Shown: positions 50,992 to 64,000 of the stretch, in pieces
How positions within the stretch are numbered: position 1 is the first letter of the stretch
Layout: the number at the start of each line of letters is the position of its first letter
Origin: Eledone cirrhosa
Taxonomy: Eukaryota
NCBI GenBank assembly: GCA_964016885.1
Contig: OZ024744.1
Coordinates: forward strand, 70,618,001 to 70,682,000
Direction of reading: 5' to 3'
Length of the DNA stretch: 64,000 bases
Translations under genes and position numbers: made by a program
The notes under the pieces: generated by a model
Databases searched by the model: none
What the model was told of the DNA's origin: nothing
What the model saw: the letters and a program-made list of their open reading frames with translations, nothing else

Positions 50992-53455
50992 CACACACAT
51001 CTGTGAAGGTCAGTGGAATGAATACCATACTTAAAAATAAGGAAGGACATCTAGTCGCCAAATACTACTTCAAAATGCCTCTTTCTAATGCAAATACATA
51101 CTTTATAAGTTTGGTATATATAGCTCATCATTGACAAATCACTATGCAACAAAGAGGATGTATTGTTTATGCAGGACACAATGTCGCCATTTGGTTTAAT
51201 CCTTTAGCATTTAAACTGGCCGAATCCGTCCAGAATTCTTTCACCTCTTTCTGTTCAAACTGGCTGCTTATACTGATGTTAAGGTATTGTTTTCAAAATA
51301 AATAATATCAAAATTTTGTAGATTCGATATTATGTGAGGTAAAGCATTTACCGTAAAAATACAATAGTATATATAGAGTAATGTAAATTCTAAAGGGTTA
51401 AACACTGCCAATCTATTAACTAGTTCTATAGAACCATCCATAGTTCTATGGATTAGAAAAAGTTTACTTTACCACTGCTTTAACAACTATCCCTGTGCTC
51501 AGGAATGGACAGTACTAGAGGAGAGAGCTGATTGTAGTGGGGATGCAGTGATGATGATGATAATTATTTCTAATTTAAGCACAAGGCCAGCAATTTTGGA
51601 GGGAGGAGAAAGGTGATTAAATCAATCCAGTATTTTACCGGTACCTTATTTTATTGACCCAAGAAGGATGAATGACAAAGTTAACCTGGACAGGATTCAA
51701 GCTCAGAATATAAATGACACAAAGTATTTTGCCCGGTGCTGCTCAAACAATTCTATTCTGTCAATCCACTGTGCTGGTGATGATGCTACTAATAATCATT
51801 TCTACTTTTGGCACAAAGCCAACAGCAATTTGAAGGGAATAGGGAAAACAATCGATTAAATGGTCCTTAGTTATTGGTACTTTATTTTATCAGTTCCATA
51901 AGAATGAAAAGTAAAGCTAACCTCAGCAGAATTTGAACTCAGAACATAAAGGGACATAACTATATGCTGCAAAGCATGTCCGATGCTCTACAGATGCAGC
52001 CAATCCACTACCCTGATGATGAAACTAATGTTTTTTGATTTAGGTACAAAGCCAACAATTTTGGGGAAGAGGAAAGTTGATTAAATTGACCCGAGTGTAT
52101 TACTGGTACTTTATTTTATCAACTTGTAAGGATGAAAGACAAAGCTAACCTCAGCGACATTTGAACTCAGAATGTAAAGGGCCGTAAGCATATGCTGCAA
52201 AGCATGGTGTCCAATGCTCTACCGATACTGCCAATCCATTGCCCTGATGATATTAATCATGAAAATAGTAAAAAGTGATGATAAAAGTATTGGGTATGAC
52301 CAAGCCAACTGCCACACCTTGATATATGGTGGTGCAACACAGACAATAATAGGATGTGATAGATGAAATAAAAGAGTGGAGTAGATAGAGCAGTAGGTGA
52401 GGAAGGAGACAATATGAGAGCAAATAAGTTGCCTTGATTATGTAATGGGGAAAGATTTCCTCTAGTACCACAGTTCATTATCAAATCTGACATGAGATTC
52501 AGCCTCTTGCGGTCATTCTTCACTACATCATCCCATGTTTTTCTTTTTCAAAGGCGCGGCATTTCTTTATACAACTGACATTTTACATATATATGGCGTT
52601 TATAACAGCACAGCCTTCTCTCTCGTACACTACATCCAATTCCTCTTATTCTCATCATCATCATCAACGTTTAACGTCCGTGTTCCACGCTTGCATGGGT
52701 TTGGACGGGGGTATTCCCACTTGAGGCAAGAGTGATTGTCTTGCTCGCATAGGACTGTCTGGCAGGTTTTCTACAGTTGGATGCCCTTCCTAACACCAAC
52801 CACATTTACAGTGTGGGTCTGGGAGGTTTTTACCGTATTGCCTACACGGCCACATTACAGCGTGGACTGTCTGGCGGGTTTTCTACAGCTGGATGCCCTT
52901 CCTAACACCAACCACATTTACAGTGTGGGTCTGGGAGGTTTTTACCGTATTGCCTACACGGCCACATTACAGCGTGGACTGTCTGGCGGGTTTTCTACAG
53001 TTGGATGCCCTTCCTAACACCAACCACATTTATAGTGTGGGTCTGGGAGGTTTTTACCGTATTGCCTACACGGCCACATTACAGCGTGGACTGTGTGTTT
53101 TTTTGTCGTGACACCTACACGATCTCATTTGTTTCGGCCTGGATGGCGCGGCACCAACATAACTTTACATAGAACGGGGTGGTGTGGATGGGGGGGGGGG
53201 GGGTATTTTGTTAGAAATGCCTACTGGCTGTAGTAGGTTTTACTATGTATTTAGGTAAGGCGGGTCTTCTCCGTCACTGAGTTCCGCCAAAGGTCTCGGT
53301 CCAGTGACATTGTCCTGGAGAGGTGTAAGTGTGCGAGGTCGGAGTTTATCAGCTCGTCCCAGGTTTTTCTAGGTCTGCCTATTCCGTGGCTACCGTCTAT
53401 CTTTATCGCCCTGCACTTTGTTATACAGCTATCGACTTTCATGCGCATCACGTGT

Positions 53456-53494
<39 letters not shown>

Positions 53495-54230
53495 CACAAC
53501 TGTCAATCACAAACGTCAGCATTTTCTGCTAATGCTTTTTGTAAGTGCCTCAGTAGTGGCAATCAAACACAAATGCGCTCTTGGTTGGCCTTCCTATCTT
53601 TGATGGAGGAGACCAACCAGAATGCAACACCTGGAGGGAGAAAAAGGGTTGTGCACCAGCACATTGACATTTTTCTCCCAGAAGGAGGAAGGCCAAAGTT
53701 GACCCCAATGAGATTTGAACTCAGATAAATAAAGGACTAACTAAATACCTCAAATATTGCAAAGTCTAATGTTTCTGCTAATCCTTCACCCCAAACCCAC
53801 CACAAGTTTTATGCCCACTCTTAAATGCTGTCATGAGTTGAACAATACTTTTTGAGGAAGTTTTTCTATGCCCAGGTGCTCTTTCTGACACCAATTAAAA
53901 CTATTTTTTTCTGTTATTGTTCGCAAAATAAATAACATCAAAATCTTGTAGATTCGATGTTATGTGAGATAATTATGTAAGATAAAGTCTTTACCACAAA
54001 AATACAATAGTAAATATAGAGTAATGTAAATGTTAAAGGGTTAAGCAGGGCATAAGCAAACATCACCTCTCGCTTTCAATAGTGTCACACATAATACACA
54101 CACAACCATATATACATACAATATGCATTTTAAGGCCATCTTCCCTGCTAAAGCTAGAGTTAGCCCTGCAGGCCCCATAAGAAGCTTCTCTATTTTAGCC
54201 CATTGTCTGCATCTCTCATATATATATATA

Positions 54231-56562
54231 TCATCATCATCACCGTTTTACGTCCGTTCTTCCACGCTAGCATGGGTTAGACGGGTTGTCCTGTTGTGGG
54301 CAGTGTCTGGTCGGCTGACCATGCCTTGCTCATACAGGAACTGATCTGGCTTGATTTCTACAGCTGGATGCCCTTCCTAACACCAACCTCATTTACAGCG
54401 AGTGCTGGGTGCTTTTTCGTGGCGCCTACACGTCCACTTTACAGTGTGGGCTGGGTGCTTTTTTTGCCGTGGTACCTCCACGACCACCTTGCGGTGGGGG
54501 GGGGGGGGGGGGCATATTGTTTATATGCTTCAGCATGTACCCATGGGAGGTCGGGTACCCTGTATTACTGCGTGACGCCAGAAGTCACAGTCGTGTGTCA
54601 TTGACTTTGAGAGGTGTAGTTGGGTAAGGTCGGCTTTTATCACCTCATCCCAAGTCATCTTGGGTCTCCCCACTCCGCGGTTTCCATCAACTTCTAGTGC
54701 TCTGCACCTTTTTATGCAGCTGTCATCCTTCATACGCATCACATGTCCATACCAGCGTAACCGCCTCTCCTGCACGCAGCATTTGATTCCTCTTATGCTC
54801 AGTCTCTCTCTCAATTCCTTTATGCTTTGTCGTTCACGTATATTACTGTTACACATCCATCGGAGCATGCAGGCTTCGTTTCTCTCTAATCTACGTAAGT
54901 CTTCCACCTTCAGCGCCCAGGTCTCACTACCATGCAACATCGCTGTTCGGATACACGCATCATACAGTCTGCCTTTCATTCTGAGGGAGAAGCCTTTTGC
55001 AGCTAGCAGTGGTAGTAGTTCCCTAAACTTCTTCCATCCCGTTCTTACCCTAGTTATTGTACTTTCTGAGCACCCACCTCCGTTGCTAATTCGGTCACCT
55101 AGGTAGCAGAAGCTGTCTACTGTTTCTACAGGGCCCTCCCAGAGATTGGTGGTACTTGTTTCCTGTGGCTGTTTGCTTGCTGTTTCAGCACAGCTGCTGC
55201 ATGTGAATCCTACATTCTTAATTAAGCTTCCTGAGATCCCGCTACATCTCTTGTGTACCCATTGTTTGCATTTGGGGCAGAGAATGGAGTTCCTACCTAC
55301 ACCTTTCCTACATACTGAGCAAGGCCATTTCCCTGAGGGGATCTGGGTTCTGTTTTCTCGTCTACTTATAAGGACCTTAGTCTTTGTCATGTTGACTTTG
55401 AGGCCCTTTCTCTCTAGTCCCTGCTTCCAGGTTTGGAATTTATTCTCTAGTTCTACCATAGATTCAGCTATGAGTGCGAGGTCATCAGCATACAGGAGTT
55501 CCCATGGGCATCCGGTCTTAAACTCCTCCATTATTGCCTGCAGGACTATGATGAACAGGAGAGGGCTAAGAACAGAGCCCTGGTGGACCCCAACCTGTAC
55601 GCTAAATTCCTCGCTATACTCATTGCCAATCCTAACTTTGCTGACTGCTCCCCTATACATGGCTTGTACCGCTTTCACAAGCCATTCATCTACTCCTAGT
55701 TTTCTAAGAGCCCACCAGATTACTGCACGTGGAACTCTGTCAAAGGCTTTCTCAAGGTCGACAAATGCCAAATAGAGTGGCTTACTTTTAACTAGGTACT
55801 TTTCCTGTAATTGCCTCACAAGGAAGAGGGCATCAGTGGTGCCTTTCCCTGGTACAAACCCAAATTGCATCTCGTTTATATTCACTCGGTCCCTAATCAG
55901 CTGTGCTATAACTCTTTCTGTTACTTTCATGACCTGGTCCATCAACTTTATACCTCTATAGTTTCCTCTATCTAGTGCATCGCCTTTACCTTTGTAGCAG
56001 TTGACAATGATGCTACTGCACCAATCTTTTGGTATGGCCCCCTCTAGTATTACCTGGTTAACGATACGTGTGGTTATAGTGTGACCTACAGACCCAGATG
56101 CCTTCAGCATCTCGGCAGCTATACCCGATGGACCGGTTGCCTTCCCTATCTTCATATCTCTGATTGCCTTACTTACTACGCTGCCGCTGACTTGTACTGC
56201 TGGTCCCTCTATAGGGTCTACGTGGGGTAGGGTCTCTTCTTCCCATGCATTCTCCTCATTTAGTAATCTATCATAATGACTCTTCCATGCATCTTTCTTC
56301 TCAGCACTTGTGAGGGCAAGCTCACCTTTATCATTCCGGATACACTTCTCTCCAATGACATCACAACTTTCTCTGACACACTGCCTCGCAATCTTGAATA
56401 CCTCCTGTTTCTGGTCCTCACGTTGTAAAACATGCTTGAATTTTCTATCCTCTGCTTCCCTCCTAGCTAAGTATACTTGTCGCCTAGCTTCCCTCTTGGT
56501 CTCTATGTAATGTACCCTGCTCCCCCCGTTCTTCCATTCTTTCCATGCCTGTCTCTTGGCCT

Positions 56563-56563
<1 letters not shown>
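54231..56563 (-). mobile_element. Longest and best-preserved RTE-type LINE, family B: intact RT-PHD-C-terminal ORF (541 aa), endonuclease lost by 5' truncation
   Basis: ORF 54530-56155 with KATGP, NYRGIKL, QFGF, DLEKAFD, QGSVLSP, YADD and YLG motifs, no stops; lies in PAN3 intron 2. Confidence 0.97.
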
Positions 56564-56607
<44 letters not shown>

Positions 56608-57098
56608 ATCATCATCATCATCATTTAACGTCCATCTTCCACGCTTGCATGGGTTTGGATGGTAGTTTTCCCTATTGAGGCAAGATTGGTTGACTTGCGG
56701 GTTTTCTACGGCTGGATGCCCTTCTTAACACCAACCACGTTTACAGTGTGGACTGGGAGGTTTTTACCGTATTACCTACACGGCCACATTACAGCGCGTA
56801 TTGTGTTTTTTTTTCGTGACACCTACACGACTTCATTTATTTCGGACTGGATGTTGTGGTACCAACATAACATTACATCGAAAGGGGTGGTGTAGATGGG
56901 ACGGGGGTGTATTTTTGTTAGAGGTGCCTACTGACTGTAGGTTTCACTCTGTACTTAGGCAAGGCGGGTCTTCTGTAATACTGTATAGCGCCAAAGATCT
57001 TGGTCCAGTGACATTGTCTTGGAGAGGTGTAAGTGTGTGAGGTCAGAATTTATCAAGTCGTCCCAGGTTTTTCTGGGTCTGCCTACTCCGTGGCTACC

Positions 57099-57136
<38 letters not shown>

Positions 57137-57439
57137 GCACACACACAATCACCATTTAAAGTCTAGTTTTGTTGCTAGCATGGGTTAGACGGGCTTGTTC
57201 CATTAGAGGCAAGTTGGGTCGGATGACCATGTCTTACTCATATAGGACTGTTTCTGGCTAGATTTCTATGACTGGATGTCCTTAACACCAGCCATATTTA
57301 CAGTGTGTGTTGGGTGCTTTTTGCATATATATATATATATATCATCATCATCTAACGTCCATTTTCCCTGCTAGCAAGGACTGGCAGGTCTCCATAGACC
57401 AAGTCAGTACTGAAGCAGGGCCACTGACATTCCAGACAG

Positions 57440-57910
57440 ACCGAGGAGGTTCACATCTTGCTTATGTATGGTCATTATCAAGTGCAGAGGATTTGCCATG
57501 TCTTTTGACACAAACTGAGGTATCCTCCCAACCCCTTGTTTGGCGAGCTTTCTTGGATGCCCTACTTAATACCAACCCCTTTACAACATGTACTGGGTGC
57601 TTTTATTGTGTAGATCACCAGCACTAGGGAAGCTGGCATGTCTTGACACAATTGAAGGATCCTCCTCATCCTTGTTTGGCACGTTTCCTATGACTGGATG
57701 CCCTTATTAACATCAACCTCTTTACAGCGTGCACTGGGTGCTTTTATTGTGTAAATCATCAGTAATAAAGAGGGTTTTATGTCTTTATCATAACTAAAGG
57801 ACCCTCCCAACCCTTTCTTTAGATAGCTTTCTATGGCTTGATGCCCTTCTTATCACCAAACACTTTACAACGTATACTGGGGTGCGTTTATCATGTCGAT
57901 CACCAACACT
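57440..57910. repeat. Three to four diverged tandem copies (~120-140 bp) of the GGATGCCCT-containing 3' UTR module
   Basis: (G)GATGCCCT...CTTTACA.C.T.CACTGGGTGCTTTTAT recurs at about 57555, 57696 and 57839. Confidence 0.7.
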
Positions 57911-60394
57911 AGATAATAGATTGTTGTATCTTTCAGGTGCATTTTTGTGGCACCACCACTAGAAAGGTTATTGGTCAGACCCAACTATAGAGCTCTCCCA
58001 GCTCTGGGGAGGGGGCAATAGATGAGGGAGATAGGTATTAAGTTATAGATGTTTGCAAGAGATGGGTGGGTGATTAGTGTATGGTGTGGATGTGCTCGAT
58101 GGGGGGGAGGGGGTCATGGTTGGAAAGATAGAAAAGGGGGTAGTGAGGGGCCAAGGGGTGGTAATTGGGGTGAACAAAAGGTATAGAGAGTATCTATTAG
58201 GGTGCAATGGAGAGGATATATATATATATATATATATGCATACTTGAAAAAAGGAAAAGAATGACTTCACTTGTCACTTGTAGTTGGTATTCTACAACAA
58301 TCTAATTTTATAATTTTTCTATTTAGATCTAATAAGTCCTTTAGTAACTTCGGTGGAAAGTTTTGTTTAAAATCTTGGTTAACTCTCTTGCATTCATCGG
58401 TGGCGATTGTCAAACTGATATAAAGTTGCCAAATAAATCATCATCATTTAACGTCCATCTTCCACGCCAGCATGGGTTAGACGGTTTTGTTCCATTTGAT
58501 GCGGAAATGGTCGAGAGACCGTCTCTCGCTCATACAGCAGTGTCTCTGACAGGTTTTCTACAGTTGGATGCCCTTCCTAACACCAACCACATTTGCAGTG
58601 TGGACTGGGAGCCTTTTTACCATGTCTCCTACACGACCACTTTACAGTGTGGACTGTTGTAATCGACACAGTGGATGGAACGGGAAAGGGAGGATGGGGT
58701 ATGGTGTGTGGGGTATACATTGGGTTAAGAGGTGCCTACTGACTGTAGGTCTATGATGATGATATATATTATATCTATTTTTTTAATTGTTTTTGTCCTA
58801 ATGATAACGTATTTTTTATATATATATATATTATAAATATATATATGTATATAATATATATACACACACTAGACTTTTCTAATCTCTGCCTACTAAATTC
58901 ACTTAAGGCAATAGTCAGTCAAAAAGTATTATAGAAGATACTTGCACAAGGAACTATGCATTGGTATTGAATCTGAAACTATGTGGTTGTGAAGAAAACT
59001 TAACAACAAAGTTATGTTTGTACATAGACTAGTACTTTATTTTACTGATCCAAGATGGATGAAAGCTAAAGTTGACATCGGTAGGATTTCAATCCAGAAC
59101 ATAATGCAACAAATATCAGCAAAGTATTTTGACCTATTTATTTATTTATGTTCCAGCTGAGGGGCTGAATCCATGCTGGGGCACAATGATTCTGCTAATT
59201 CCCCACCCTATCATTTTCTGCAATGTATTTTTTATCCACAATAAATCTGTCATGAATTTTCAAAGCACTGAAATTACAGGAGGGTATAATTTACTGCAAT
59301 GAGTTCACCAGACAATGTGATTTATAGGTGTACATCTAAATGGCTTGTAATTTTTCAGCTTGTCTGTCTCGAGTTCAAATTACACAAAAGTCAAATATTG
59401 CCGTATTTTAGCCTGTAGGTAGCTGAAATGTTACATAAGAGCACATGATTTCAAAGAGGTCATAAGGCAATATTTATTTCTTTGAGACTATGAGCAAGAC
59501 ATGGTCATCTGACCTGGCATTGCTCACAACAGGACAACTCGTCTAACCCATGCTAACGTGGAAACATGGACGTTAAACGGTATTATGTAAATTAATATAT
59601 TTCGGAAAAAGAATTTTTAGGGGGAGGGGGGGTAGTGTACTGGAAGGACTTTATTATGGAAACAACATTAGAGAAACTCTTATGTGCTGAGCAAGACTAA
59701 GCCTTTCGTATTCAAACTGGCCATATATAGCCAGAACTCTCATCTCTTTCTGTTCAAACTGGCTGCTCATCCAACATTAAAGTATTGTTCTCAAAATAAT
59801 GATATCAAAAATCTCATAGATTAGATATTATGTGAGATAAAGCCTTTACCACAAAAATACAATAGTATATATAGAGCAATGTGAATGCTAAAGGGTTAAA
59901 GGGTCCTCTCTGCCCTTTATTATCTCTATTTGTTTGCCAACCATTTTACAATGTATACTGGGAGCATTAATGAGCTTCATTTGTGCCCTGCAAAACTAAA
60001 CGGAATTTTTCTTTACCCCAGACTGTCTTCAATCTGTTGTTTGCCAACTATTTTAGAGTTTACAGGATTCATTTAATTGTGTCACTCAAACAAGTGAGGT
60101 TGTTATGTCCTTAACATAAAGAACTCACTCCACTCTACATTATCCCCGTTCGATCACCAACCACTGTACGGAGTGTACTGCAAACGTTTTATCATGGCAC
60201 TAACATTTGAGATGTTGCCTTGTCCTCTGAAAGACTAATAATCCTCTTTACTATACAACATTACACACAGGCGAATATAATATTTAATATACTTTTGATA
60301 AATGTTCACACTTCAAACAGCAATAACCAACAAACAAGGCACAAAATGTTTTTTTTAAATTATAGACAAAAAAAAAAAAAAAAAAAAACCTTAC

Positions 60395-60489
60395 CATCAT
60401 CAAGGGAGAGAATTCCGTCATATGACAATTCGATCTAAACGTAGCGGTAAAATACTGGTCACCGTTGTTCGCCATACTATCACCGATAC
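60395..60489 (-). CDS. PAN3: PAN3 exon 2 (G-IGDSMANNGDQYFTATFRSNCHMTEFSPLMM)
   Basis: Acceptor ttttctcttctactatAG, donor ATG|GTAAGG, 95 nt, phase 1 to 0; CpG-containing island in AT-rich intron. Confidence 0.7.
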
Positions 60490-61679
60490 CTATAGTAGAA
60501 GAGAAAAATATATATATATAACTTGTTTATATATATACTGATTGATCCAGGTATCAATCGCATGCCCACCAGGTACACGAAAACACTTAATATCTTTGAT
60601 ACTGTGGTGTAAAATATTGGTAGGGCTAGAATTAAGGTAATATTTATTTTAGTGTAAGGGTTTATGAAACATTGAATACCTGAGGCTCTATCACCACCAC
60701 TAACATTATTTGAGATAGAGAAAAATACAATCTTGCTCGCTTCTCCTTCTATAAAGTCACAAGTTTTTATAATTTATTTACAATTAACAAACATTTCATT
60801 TTCTCAAATTGAAAATATTTTAGTCATAATCTTAATATAATTTTTCCTAATTAACCAAATTATTTAAAATTACGAAACACGAAAGAGTCTGAGGTCCGTT
60901 TACGCCCTTAACAAAAACAACGGCCATTTTTCTATTTTCTTTCTCTCTATGTACCATGAAATAACGACGAATAAATATAAATGTACTTGAAGCCACTTCC
61001 AGATATCTTTGCTGCGTGGGAATTATTTTTCTTAATATCCCGCCTAAAAGAATCTAAACAACATCACCAACACCCAAAACAACATTCAACATATATTTAA
61101 AAACCTGGGAAACAGAACTTCACAATCTAAAACAAACATTTTCTAATCAAATAGTTGACAGTCCGGTTCAGTTTGAGTTTTCCACAAACACTAGTGCGTG
61201 CAGTAAAAGCATTCAATAAAATTGAAAGTTTGGGTTTAGTGTTAAGTGTCAGAATGGTCACAGTTGGAAAGCTGCAGTTGTTAGGGTTCGCTAGGTTTAG
61301 GGTTTATGGTTATCTTCTGTTTAACAAAGAATTTACATTTTTATCAAATTTAATCACTGCTTTAATTTTTTAAAAATTCATAGGTTTATAGGCTTGTGAT
61401 TAGGTTTTAAGGTTTGTGTTAACAAATGATTTATCACTTTTATTAAACCAAATAAACTGTTTAAATACTTTCGAATTTCTAAAATAACATTACAAATTGT
61501 TTGCAATTCTTTCAGAGTGAAAATATAAACAGAGCATATGAATAAATTTACAGTAGATAACATAACAAATATGTTTTAAATATATACATAAATAACATTA
61601 CAAATGCTTAGATAATAAGATTTAAAGTCGCAAGTCAGAAGATAATGTTAAAACAGACGTAAATATTAATTTTAATGGA

Positions 61680-63100
61680 AACACTCCTAAATCCTCCAAA
61701 TCTCCACTGAATTATAAATGAGTCATTTAGAAAACACCATGGTGTTTCTCAGAACCTTTTAGCCAGAACCCCCTCCCCCTCACGATAGAAGTAGCTAAGC
61801 GCATTTTGTTTTCTCTCTTGCAAAAACATGGCAATAAACATAAAATGTATGTTCATTTTGAATACATCCCTCTAAATATTCAGAAGGTGTAGACAACTCA
61901 TTTAAGGGTCATTTATAAAACTCTATACAATGTTTGTGGGACCGCGATAGTCAAAACAAACAGAAGCTACTTACACATACAGCATTTCTCTTTCTCACTC
62001 AAAAAGGAATTCACATTTAAAAGGATTCCTTTCTTCGAAATCCCCCGAATCGTAGTTGATTGTTTTAAGAGTAATGTTTCTGGGACCTATATAGTAAGAA
62101 AACCTACACAGAAGCTAACTACACCTGTTATTTTCTTCCATAAAACGTGACTAAATATAGACATAAATATGAATTAATTAATCGGGAATCTCTTCCAAAT
62201 CATATCAGAATTGAGGAATTATTTATAACCCCTATAATCGATGTTTTGGACAACGTTCGCTCAATTATACCACCCAAAAGCAAAATTTGCACTTAATCGC
62301 CATTCTCTCCCCGAGAAACAAAAAATGAATTTACCTGAATGATCATAAATTCTCAGAAATCTTAGCAGAATTATAAAGGGGACCTATAGAAGCCCCAATA
62401 TGTTGTGTTACTTCTTGCTCAAAACAAAAATTGCCACCACTCTCCAAGCAAAAAGTGACAAACAATATGAAACCTCTTCTAAATTCGCAGAAATCCTAGC
62501 TGACTCAATAAGGGAACATTAAAAGAGCCTTATATACTGTCGTGGGACCTTTTTCCTAAGTATTTCGCCCACAATAAGTTCATACACTTAATGTTCTTCC
62601 TAAAGACACAAAGTGCTCTTAATAAGCATATTGAAATTTCTCAAATATATTCTAAGCATATGACATTAATTAAAATTCTTTTAATAAACAAAATTATTCT
62701 AACTAATTTAAATTACAAAACACACGGAAGTCCCCATACGTTCTTAACAAAAACAGCTATTTACTATTCTTTCTCCCACACAAAAGAAAGGACACATATA
62801 TATACACAGTTAAATAAAATTCCTTCTTAAAAGCCTCTAGAAAACGCAGCCAATATTAAGGGATTCTTTCAAAACCCATAATCGTTTTTGGACCTGTTTT
62901 TGAACAACATCCCGCCCAGAAGAAGCAAATCGCCATTTGTCTCATGCAAATAATACAAAAATATAACTTTACCTGAATTTCCTGCTTCCAAATCTCCAGA
63001 AATCGTAGCAGAATCATCAAGGGGCCCATTACAAGCCCCTAATCGCTCTTCTCGGTCTCTTTCTTCCATATCCCGGCCAGACGAAGCAAAATTTTGTAAA
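61680..63100. repeat. Diverged ~160-bp tandem array spanning the 5' end of PAN3 intron 1 and the 3' part of exon 1
   Basis: Recurring AAAT...CAGAAATC.TAGCAGAAT.AT.AAGGGG..C.AT..AA.CCC and AGAAGC.AA motifs near 61690, 61875, 62040, 62190, 62347, 62480, 62830 and 62990. Confidence 0.75.
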
Positions 63101-63333
63101 TTCCCACTTCCCCCACCGTCATCGCCGCCATTGCTTTCTATACAATTTCTCGTATTCAAGGGGTTATTTCGATATTTTGACAGTTCTGATATGTTAGGTA
63201 CGATGAATATACAAGCCCCAGTCCCTGGGGTCGGGCCTGAAGCAGGTCCTGTGGTTGTAGCGGCGGTGTTTAAGGGGTTAATTGCGTTTAATGTGTCCCT
63301 GGTTCTCGTCGTCGAAGATTCGATGTCGGCCAT
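62973..63333 (-). CDS. PAN3: PAN3 putative coding exon 1 (MADIESSTT...DLEAGNS, 120 codons + 1 nt); low-complexity, no recognisable conserved motif
   Basis: ATG in GCT-ATG-G context, CpG-rich open frame, donor CAG|GTAAAG at 62972. Phase 1 joins in frame to exon 60395-60489. Linked to PAN3 only by phase continuity. Confidence 0.6.
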
Positions 63334-63344
63334 AGCAAGCTTGT

Positions 63345-64000
63345 GGTGGTGGTGGTGAAAAGAGATGGCTTGTAACGTGGTAGCTACCTAGTGGTAGTGG
63401 TGAGAGTAGATATGGGATGTCGTGATAGTGGTGGTGAGTGCTTTGTTGTGGTGGTGGTGAGAGTAAAGAATGTACGTCGTTGTAGTAGTCGTGGTGTCAC
63501 TGCTGCGGGGTTTTGGTTGTTTATTAAAGTGGTAGCCGTTTGTAGTAGAGGTGAGAGTATATGAATAAAAGCAGTCGTAGTAGTCGTCATACTTACTTAA
63601 TTTATAGAGGTGGCTGTTTGTTGTGGTAGTGGTGAGAGTAAAGAATATAGGTCATTGCAATAGTGGTGGTGTTTTAAAGGGGGGAAGGGGCCTAGTGAGG
63701 TGGTTGTTTGTTGTGGTAGTAGTGGGAGTAGAAAACACGATGTCGTCGTTGCCGTAGCCGTGGCATTTTTGGTCGAGAAATGAAGTGGGTGTTTGTTATG
63801 GTAGTAGTGGGAGTAAACAATTAAAAACCTCAATGTCGTCGTTGTAGCCGTCACATTTTTGGTTGATAAACGAGGTGGGTGTTTGTTGTGGTATTAGTGG
63901 GAGTAGATAATTGTATATCGTGATCATAACTGTGACACTTTTTGGTTGATTAATGAGGTGGCTGCTATTTGTGGTGAGAGTAAAATATGTACACCGTCGT
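63345..64000. repeat. Diverged G/T-skewed tandem array (~60-95 bp units) upstream of the PAN3 ATG
   Basis: Recurring GGTGG.TGTTTGTTGTGGTAGT.GTG.GAGTA(A/G)A and GTCGTCGTTG at about 63403, 63461, 63555, 63635, 63726, 63811, 63901 and 63978. Confidence 0.75.

Noticed and set aside
54660-55775. Long antisense ORFs opposite the LINE RT (also 20862-21587 and 26130-26606)
   Set aside because: Typical shadow frames of a coding strand; no independent evidence.

Overview
Eukaryotic, AT-rich, repeat-dense animal DNA. The SINE/LINE repertoire suggests an octopod or other coleoid cephalopod (inference). The right half (28863-63333, minus strand) holds ten phase-compatible exons of PAN3, the PAN2-PAN3 deadenylase subunit. 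They run from a non-conserved N-terminus through the ENVGGTTYFY motif into the pseudokinase N-lobe. The remaining PAN3 exons were not found; an N gap lies at 28178-28377. On the left, a CpG-rich housekeeping-type promoter (about 4050-4143) precedes a putative small spliced plus-strand gene of about 67 aa. The rest is mobile DNA: several RTE-type LINE families with a C4HC3 PHD finger inserted inside the RT, tRNA-derived SINEs (some sharing the LINE 3' tail), piggyBac- and hAT-type MITEs, foldback elements, a DD37D maT relic, a Helitron 3' end and an 89-bp minisatellite. Most notable are (i) short Penelope-like elements in (TA)n tracts that carry hammerhead-ribozyme folds, one family with a non-canonical CAGAAGA core, and (ii) diverged ~150-160 bp tandem arrays starting at the first splice donor of both genes, one overlapping PAN3 coding exon 1. 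All calls are by eye; no database searches were run.
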